Shown one piece after another: positions 54,430 through 64,000 of a DNA stretch of 64,000 nt. The translations under genes were made by a program, and so were the position numbers. Positions within the stretch are counted from its first letter, which is position 1. Each line of letters begins with the position of its first letter. The notes under the pieces were generated by a model that saw nothing but the letters and a program-made list of their open reading frames with translations, was not told where the DNA came from and did not search any database. This DNA comes from Balanoglossus misakiensis (Eukaryota > Animalia > Hemichordata): NCBI GenBank assembly GCA_040954595.2, contig CM082580.2, forward strand, positions 14,274,389-14,338,388, read 5' to 3'.

Positions 54430-57400
54430 TCGATGATGGGGAGTGTCGGTAAAAGCACGTTCTGCTAGCATGCTTTTCGTTCAGGTTTTTGACTCCGACT
54501 CGAAAAAGTGATGCCGACATAAATAAGAGGAGGCCCCAAAATATCATCTGTCACCTCCAAACCAGGTCCCAGGGTATCGGGAACTATCTACTTTGAGACA
54601 ACAATGTCTAATCTGCTGCAATCGCCTCCGAAACCAATTGTGAGAACATATCCTTTGTGAATGATTCCAATTGGCTGTCTATAGTATAGATTAATCAGGA
54701 GGCAGGCCTTTTGGCGTGACATTGTCGTGAAGCTCTGTGTAATTAGCCTATACAGACACAATATCCCAGTGAATCCGACTCTTGTGCAAAATATGTGAAT
54801 GGATAATTAACTGACCTCGAAGTTAGTTGATGCCTATGTTATAATTTTGAGCGCATGGACTTCTGATAAGAAGCCAAAAAAGCTCAAATAGAAGGCCAAC
54901 TCTTTGGAGAGTTTAGTTGATACACAAGGTCTAGATAGGTCTAGTGAACTTGATATCGGATACATCTGGTGTGTCATCTGACACCATTGGACAATTGCGA
55001 GACTTTCATGGCCGCCCCTTCTTGATACTGGGCGTGGCAGAAATCAGTATGACTAGTGACGTCATCAAGACAATCAATTGTAATGAGACTTTTACGGCTA
55101 GACCCTCCCTCTGTAATTTGAATCTTACAGACTATTGGTTAGTCTCTCTTGATGTCATAAATCTCACCTTCAAATGAGGCATCTTGTATCCACGTATATA
55201 CGCACTTCAGTAAGATCCGATGAGAGACAACCGAATTACGGAAACTCTCAGCGAAAGGATATACCGGTATATAAGCAAAGGTCACTGAAAAAAGGTATTA
55301 ACTTGTATCTGACATCGACGGAAATGCTATCGTTGAAAAGAATGGGACAAAACACAAAATAAATAACAAAGCAATATGGAGTTTTATTAGAAGAGTAAAT
55401 TTCAATTTTAATAGTTTATTTACACAGACCTTTGCAAAATTAATCGTAAAAGTTCCAATGACCTGAGTGACCATATGTGATAGCATTTCACGCCGTATGT
55501 GGTGGAGAGATAGTATTTCTGTTGTGGGTAGGTCTGTGTGCTGATCAACCTCAGTATTCTAGTTGTGTCAAGGGGGTGACTCTATGCTGAAACAAGACGA
55601 CGACGATGTAATTCTCCCGGGAGATATTATTTAGGCTTCAGTAGTTTTCTATAGTTTGAACTGTTACTTTCATGATTCCAGTCCTAGGAAGATTTGCTGT
55701 ATCGGGTTCACACTTCGTTCGTCGGAATTTAATTCCGTCTTCAGCATCCGACCGTACTTTTAGCCTAGGTCTACTCGCAATCACCCCGCGCTAATCACTA
55801 GCATTCGCCCGGCGTCGATCACTAGCATTAACCTAACGCTGATCACGTGCACGCCCAGGGAGGGACGAACTTTTCGCCAATCATGGCGTCCAGCAGATAG
55901 AGTTTCACCATTCAGGGCTCTCAGCTCATTACAACACATCGACGAGCGCGGGAATTCATCTGGGGCCAGAGTTGAACTAATTAGCACAAGTTTTTTTAAT
56001 GATTTCGTGGAAAACCGCTGACGTGCTGGCCAAACACGAACGTCGAGTGAACGTAACGAGATATCAGGCGTTAATAACCATCCCAAAGGCGAAATGATAG
56101 GATCGTGACTAAAACATATCTGTAGTATTTGCTCTCCCGAAGGAAGTCCAGTTTTTAGCACATTGATATAGTCAGTGTTTACTTGCAGAGAGTGGCGTGC
56201 TGATTTTAGGGATGACCAATTCATTTAGGAAGTGGTGGTGTATGAAGGCAGTATGTTTTTGCTCTCTGCATATGGTCCATTGCGTCGGTTTCTACCTGGA
56301 CAAACATATTCGCCATTGTCGCTTAATCTTAGATGACGTCACGCCGCGTTTCCCTCTCATGCTGATGAAGGAAGACTATTCATACCAAAAGAAAACTAGG
56401 CTTGCTTCATTTGGTGGATTGATGCAAAAAGACTAGATTAACAATAACTCACCAAACGTCTCCATGACAACCATCATAGACATATCAAACAAAGCGAGCT
56501 AAACTCGAACGACATCAATCTCGATAAAACGTGTCCAACCGATGCGGCCGACGACAACATTCCCGTACTGCAAAGAATCATTTGTGTTCCGCAAAATAAA
56601 AACTCGGAAATCAAAACTTTCCATTGTGCACGATAGTTGCAAATTCATCCGAGTACAATCGATATTCATGCATGCAATTCCGGTTTCATGGAGAAATTAT
56701 CTCCCATCCCTGGAAAACCGGCGGCGGCAGCATCCTGATGAAAGATCGAGTGGAAGACGATTGAATAAAGATGGGATTCTGACGAGATTCTTCCAATACA
56801 GACTAACAACGAGCCGAGTTTTCTGGCTGGAAACACTTTGAAAAGTAATCGGTTTGAAATCCTTTCCACAAACTGTGTGTAACGGAACTAAAACTGGTGG
56901 CGCAGTGTGTAACAAAGCTTTGTTCCGTTTGATGGAACCGGCTAAAGCATTGTGTAACGTCGATGAAATGCGTCAATTCCAATTTGAAACGTTTTTGTGC
57001 TCTTCTCCTGTATAGACAAGTCAGCTCTCTCTCTCTCAATTGATTTTGTGACGTCATCATAAGATTTTGGGGAATTAAAATTTTACTTATAAGTTGATTC
57101 CGATTTCATGGGATTCAGCTCCAAAATGAACGAATTAACAATTGTAAAAGGGTTAGTTTGCAAGCCTTAAATATGTCCGATTTATCTTTAGAAAATTAGC
57201 AGACAGCTTTAGAGATGTCCTAAAACCTAGAATGCGTGATTCATTTCTTCAACATATTTCCAGACTTTGTAAAATCGCGAAAATAATGTGAACAGGAATT
57301 GTAATAGTAGCATAAAATTGTCGATAAAACTTGATAACCAAACGCTTAAAAATAGGTCGTTGTGCGATTGTGATTTTGCAATGCATAACACGAAACAAGG

Positions 57401-60307
57401 TGATTTATATCCCATAATGCCATCACCTAGAGAGATTCTTCTGGATTTAGTGTTTGATAATATTTACTGCGGGCACGAACGCACAGGCAGCTCTCCTATC
57501 TAAAAATACTGGATTGGCCACTTCATCAAATGTCATGATTAACACAGTGCTTTCAAAACATGTGTAGAGGTTGCACGTACTATCTACACACATAAACTGG
57601 TAATTACGACATTCTTGACAAACAGAGAAGTCTCGATCGAAGTCAAATTATAAATCATGTTTCAACAGCGTACTTGGGTTGTATTCCCAGGACCATGTTT
57701 TCCCGCTGTGTTGACAGTAAATGTGTTTTATAAGGATATTACTGCTGGAAACGCGATGCATTATGGAAACGATTGAAATATTGAACCATACCTGACATAC
57801 TTCATCTTTTATAGAAATCTCAGGAATTCTGGCGCCACTATCGATGTTGTCTGTTTTACCACTCTCGTGAATTATTGATTAGCTTGCACGCATCTTTTCA
57901 GGTAATATTGTTTTATAGACACCTACCATAATCTCAGCAAGTCACTTTGTAAGTCCTTCTAGCATTTATCTTGTAAAATATAAAGGTACAAAAACGCGGT
58001 GGATTCAGACTGCAGAAGATACTGAAAGTTTAGTGAACCTTAAAATAAACCTAGTTGCAATTCTTTTAATCTTTCTCGTTTGCAAGCTTGCGGCGTTCGC
58101 CCAGTCAAATTCCAAGCCCCTATTTAACAGTTTTTACAGGTGGCTACAACTTGTGGCATCTCTCGTATGTTTGTCTCTACGCATGCGGACAAGTGCGCTA
58201 TGTGTCACGTGAGAATATTTAGGGTATAAGCACGTTTACATTTGGATCGCCAGTTGTAAATAATCCATAAGGCGCACTCAAGGGCGCGTTTAATATGTCA
58301 AAATACTTCGGCCTCTTTCTTGATTGTTACAACGGACAAAATCACACTTCCTCGTAAATTTAACACGGCAACTTCAATTTCACCAGACCTGTACAAAGTT
58401 TGCATATTGAGAGTGTGTCGAATCTCACCTATTCATGCTAACTTTATTTTCACCCTTATCATGCTAACTATGATGTTTCTCAACCCGCTTTCACTTTGTT
58501 ATGTCACCCGACACACGACTAATCAACACTATCAGCCATTTGTGCATGATATAAATAGTGAGGCAGATATGTATCGAATTTGACCGTATGCGGATCAGAG
58601 TTTTACGACTGCTAGAAAGTTACCGTATGTTAATTTTACGACACTTCCACAAAATGTTACGACTGTGCTTAGTGTTTGTGTTAATCGCGAGTATCAACAT
58701 AAATCTGTCGAACTTTGCATGTGAACAAATCATGTTTGGCTTCTGAGGGTCACAGACGTACATGCGTGGGGAAAATTTATAAAGTAAATGAAATTAACGA
58801 TTATAGCTGAGTAGTTTATGCAGGTACATACACGCGTACACTAGACGCTACGACTGTATTAAATCTGTCATGTTGAAATGGTATTCTCCATTACAACTGT
58901 CTTGTAGGACTTTTTTCGAGCAAATCAAACCAAAATGTAAATTAAATTAAACATTAAATCAAAAAAATATTTATAATGGATTCACTCGCGATCAGAGATG
59001 TGCTGGTAACTCATCTATCAAGTTAGTCATGGCGACGTTAACACTTTTTATGTTTTCCCTTATGTCATAAATAATTTGCAAAATTTTATGACGTCGCTCT
59101 CGGCTGATTGTCCAAACGTTGGTCTAGGCAGTAAAAGCCAGGTAAAAGGAATCCAATCATCTTTAATTTATATATGCACATATATGGCCAAACGGGCGTG
59201 TCTAAGTCGTCGAATGAACATATAAGGGTGTATTTTTCGCGTGACCACCCACTGAAAATTTCCCAGCTGTGAGGATACTTGTGCCAAGAAGAAAATGTAA
59301 ACACAGTGCTTCACAAGAAAAACGTCACGACGCGACAGGTTGTTGTTTGTTTTCTGCGACAACATCGGTTGAGCGAAACGACCCAGGCAACATTTGCCCA
59401 TCGTCGAGGTGGCAATTATAACCATGTTGGTCTGATAAATGGCCCATGGTTGCCATAACATGAAAACAAGGTAATAATTTACACAAACCCCAGATCACAT
59501 GTTCAATTCACGGAATACAAACAAGTCTTCAATTACTGTCATGGAGAGCTGGTTCTGTGTTTAGCGCCATCCATTTCAAGCCCCGAATGTCCCTTTTCGA
59601 GTCATGCTTGGTCACGCGTCGCAAACATTATTCCAAAACAGTTCCTGTTGTTATTCGACTGCGTCATAAATCAACGTCATCGCGAGAGCAATGTGACGTC
59701 ATCCGACCAATGTTTGCAACGTTTTGTAACAAAGATGTATTTGAAATAAATGGTATTCCACTTTGGTAATTGTATCCCTGCAAACTGTTGTAGACAAAAG
59801 AAAAAAAATCATCCATTTTATAAATACCAAACTCTAAAAGTTGAATCATACATGTATGCAATGATAAAGAATCATCTTTATTCAAAGAAGTAATAATAGT
59901 ACATGTGTAATTCTTATGCGCATAGGTGTACGAAATTTATATGGTTTATCTGTCTACGTGAAAATGTTTTCTAACCATGTGCTTTTCAATTAGAGACCGA
60001 TTTCCTTCGTTGTTATCATACACCTTCGGCCTTTAAGTGGCGATGTGATATCTTCCGTTGACCTCCTCGTTCAATTTGGCACTCAAATTGCCTATAATTG
60101 TAATGTAAATTTGGCAGTGCATGTAGATTGAAGATAGCAACCAGTACTATTTGAAGCCTTTGTAGATATAACCCGCACCCCTGAACCTGGTGAATTGATA
60201 TCATTTCGACCTTCCACTAGTTATCAAGCTAAATGATCGCAAATTGTCATTAGCGCAGCTAAAATGTTTACACCGCAGTACCAGAAAACCAGAGTGAATC
60301 ATGTCAT

Positions 60308-60350
60308 CATCCATCCATCCATCCATCCATCCATCCATCCATCCATCCAT
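60308..60350. repeat. (ATCC)n tetranucleotide microsatellite
   Basis: Read directly from the sequence. Confidence 0.95.
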
Positions 60351-63300
60351 TAGAGTAAGTGAACTTTACCTCTTGCACAAAACTAACAATTAGTAAACAA
60401 AAGTCAATTAGTAAACGAAAGACATCTACTTCCCCTAAATAATACAAGACCAAGTCATGCGTTGATTCACTCTTCGTCTGATTAAACCATAGGATGATCT
60501 TGGTCACATGTCAGGCGCTCTAATATTCCCCCAAATGACAGTTTTTCATGGATTCATGCGAAGATAAGCTTGCATCAGTGCACAAGGCGTCTCAATTTCA
60601 TGTTGGCCTCATGGTGGCGCTCTAAATTCGTTTAGAACGATTTTGAAACTGCCACGAACACGCACATCCGAAAGGCCGACAATTTTGAACAAATTATCTT
60701 TACTAGGGCGTGAAAATTCTATCCGATTAAACGAAAGTGGCAAATTTGCGCAGAGGGTATTTCGCACCTGAAACTAAAGTAATATTTTTAATAATTAATT
60801 TGCTCATACACCATGCCCTTTGGCGTGAAGTTGTACGAATCACGCGTTTCTACATGAGGTAAACGTGTTAAGAGTACCGCGTCTGTCACCTAAATGTCTT
60901 AAATTCCTTTTTAAAACGTAGCAGACGTACGTGACAGGTTTGGCATCTGGCTAGTGGCATGGAATTCGCGTGGGTAATTTAAATAAAAATGTCTCCACGT
61001 CGCGGCGGTTGAATCGCATCGTCGACCACCATAAGACTCTCGAACGGCAACTGACATGTGTTGCAGAACATCACGGATCGGGATCGAGCTATCGGGCTTG
61101 GCTCGCCAGAATGCTGAATCATGAAATATTAATCTAACCAAGTTGGGAATCGTTTTCCTCTATATTGTGAGAAAGTGACGCAGAAAATATCGAAAACTTT
61201 TATGTAAACGACAGGACAAACGTAGATTGCAAATCTCTCGCTGTTCTAGTAACAATTTACTCAAACTGTGCATTTTTACTCGTTTTAGAAGGAAATCCCC
61301 AGAACGCCAAAAACACAAAAGAAAATATTCGGAAACCAAAACCACAAAAGCACAGAAATATCGCCTACAATTGCAGTCTCATGGGATAAGCTGTTTGCTT
61401 GAAGAGAAATTGAATCCTAACTATCGTCATTACACATAGAATTAATGGATTTCAATGACCTCCTTCAATGTTTCTAAGTTTCAATCATAACAAGTCTACA
61501 CGCGGAAAGTGACGAGAATATTTCAGTGTTTGCAGCCGTTGCTAGGGAAGCCAGTTGTTTGCCAACCGCTCAGTCAGCAGAAAGCCTTTCTTTGAAACAC
61601 GGGGTTTCTATTGACGTGAATTCCATGTCTGACTTGATTTCCATATCCGTGACGTATTTGAGATTTTCATGAGACTTTAACCGCCATCTTTGTTCATTGG
61701 TGGAATAGACGCAAAGTTGAAATAGGTGTAAAATGAGATATTGAAAAGATGTACTTTGTGATAATTGCACCTTGTGGAATTGCACGAAGCATTCCGATAT
61801 ACATGGAGTTCGAAACCATTAGTTGTCCTTCATTATTAGTATAGATGATACTTCGATGTGCAAATACATTCAAAGATAAATGTGAGTTTTCCCTTCTTAT
61901 AGTGAAAGGAATGAACAATTTCACTCCCGGATAATGACTATAGTAGGTCAGAAACCATAGACAGACTGTCTATGCCGAAACAAAAGGGAAAAATAATGAA
62001 ACAAGCCCGTGGGTATGAAAAAAAATAACTTCTACAATTTAACTTCTTAGTTTAGGAAAGAACTAGTCGGTACTTAATACTGTTTCTCTGTTATACGTCA
62101 CTACCGAGTCTTGACAAAGCTCTCCTTTAGATGTTTTAACGCTAAATAACTCTGATGCCCTTATGTGTCTGCGAGGGCCGTCTCCACGATAATGACACAG
62201 GCCGTAAATGTTTTCGTTGTCTGCCCAGCAAAATAGTCAAATATTGATAAAGTCCTCCGCTCTGTATTAAACGGTCTTTTGTTGCCTTGGCAGAGAGTCT
62301 AAACACTATAGTTTAAGTTCCTTGATCACCTTGTTAAGCGACGATGGCAGCCATATTTCTCTGTTTCATATTTTCGAAGCGTTGCAACCACGAATCGCTG
62401 CATAGCAATGTGTGAGTCTTATGATGGATCGAATGGCAGTATTCCGGGTTTCTTGCGAGTCTGAAAATTGTATCACTCCATGCGTCCGTCTGAATGCGTT
62501 TATCGATTGCTCGCCTGGTACGGCGAGCTCTATGACGCAATGGCGGTAAGAATGTTCACGTCAGAGCTGATGAAATATCACAGTCAGGGTCACCGGGGTT
62601 AGTTTCTTCCGTCAACGTGCTGTTCTACCAGTTTGACGTACACGCCTATGTTAACCCGCTTGGTCGAGGATAGTTTGGCGAAAACAATGAAGGAACGAAT
62701 GGTTTAATCACTTTTTCTTTCACGTTCATTGGCATTGCACCAAGCCCGTGGCCTGATCACATCAAACTGTTGCGTCTCTTTCACGGCGTCATTCAGGTAG
62801 CATCTGGTCGTAATATCAGCATTGTCGGTCTCCAAGCTTCAATTTGTCTTTCATTAAAGGAAAAATGATTTACTAAGTCTCACACGCGAACTGAACAGCT
62901 GTTTTGATGTTATTTTTATGTTACATGAAAAGAAGCTACAAAAATGCCGCGATTCGGTCAGTTTTATGGACACGCACATGTATATCAAATTTAGTTCATG
63001 AAGACACCTTGTATGCAGACCCTACCTGTCCCACTTCTACCTGCAATTAAAAGATGGGGTAGGCATTTATAGACCATATGTGAACACGTTAATGGCGGAC
63101 TAGCAGTGTTGAGTTTTTGAGAGTTATTCGACAAGATGACGTCACAGTCATAAGCTTATCAGACAACCATCAACTTGAATCAGATTTCCGGGTGAAGAGT
63201 TCTACTGTTCACTCACCGATCAAGTCATTAGTGGTTGGTTTGTGGGAATGCAGAGGAGAATGGATAATAAAGCCAATGTTAATGTGAAGGATAACAGCAT

Positions 63301-64000
63301 AGACAGGTGTTAACCTTCACCTCATTAACACCGTGCGAGTCGGCCGGCTGAGATTTTTGTCTTGTATAATGCAGGGTTTATGGCTTGTTGTTCACAATTG
63401 CAACCACTTCAAAGGTGTAATACAGGCGAACTTGACGGTATTTAAATGTACACTTTAAAACAACTACAGTTAAAAATCCCTGAATGCAAAGAAAGTCGAC
63501 AGAAACCCTCAGTGGAAGTCCGATTCGGTCACAGCGAAGAGTTTTCTCTGGGACGAAAATAAATAAAGTGTTTGTACACGAAAAACTGAACGCTATGTTA
63601 TTTCATTTGTCTGGTCTATCAATTCTCCGCGTGGATGACCCATTCTGACCTGAACAAATGTTTTCGATGAAATCGCTTGCTTTTTCCTCATAATTGAGGT
63701 GGGAGAAATGAGAACCCATTTCCAACCAACTAACGTTCACTTTAATTACATTAGCATTCCGTAATTATATTAGCATTCTATCGTTTCCCGCCGATGTCGA
63801 GATTTGTCCAATAAAGAGAAAAAAAACAGCACCCAAGACGGGTGGTTTTATTATTTAGGGTGGCAACACTTCGTATTTCGTTGCGTTGATGATATCGCAA
63901 ATATTCCAGATTTTTGAAATCCGCGGTGGTTTGAGAATACTTAAAATGAGAATCAGCACCATATTGGTCCGTCGGTCTGAAAGTAGACGATATACCTCCG

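Noticed and set aside
59105-59118. TGATTGTCCAAACG, identical to the first 14 nt of miR-219
   Set aside because: The match stops at 14 nt and there is no proper star arm or precursor-length hairpin.
47000-64000. Numerous 60-150 aa ORFs; search for transposase, reverse transcriptase, tRNA, rRNA or CRISPR arrays
   Set aside because: No recognisable domains or RNA-gene motifs by eye; degenerate transposon fragments cannot be excluded without RepeatMasker.

Overview
Eukaryotic (animal, probably invertebrate bilaterian; inferred from short GT-AG introns, a stem-loop histone gene and mosaic CpG depletion) genomic DNA. The first ~47 kb hold seven genes in strictly alternating orientation: a multi-C2H2 zinc-finger gene (-, runs off the left edge), a solitary replication-dependent histone H3 (+), golgin-245/GOLGA4 (-, 24 coding exons incl. 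a 5.2 kb exon), LRRFIP1/2 (+), CPVL (-), DUS3L (+) and a GPI-anchored Ly6/three-finger gene (-). The last ~17 kb is CpG-rich with no recognisable protein-coding gene. Exon structures were read by hand from splice signals and phase continuity; no database search was run. I see no clear-cut new multi-gene system. The best leads are: a complex alternative C-terminus of GOLGA4 (cassette exons, a UAG-CUA readthrough-like context and a last exon open in a second frame), tandem-duplicated alternative last exons and a candidate microexon in LRRFIP, two pre-miRNA-sized hairpins, and a possible unannotated spliced transcript at ~50-51.7 kb.
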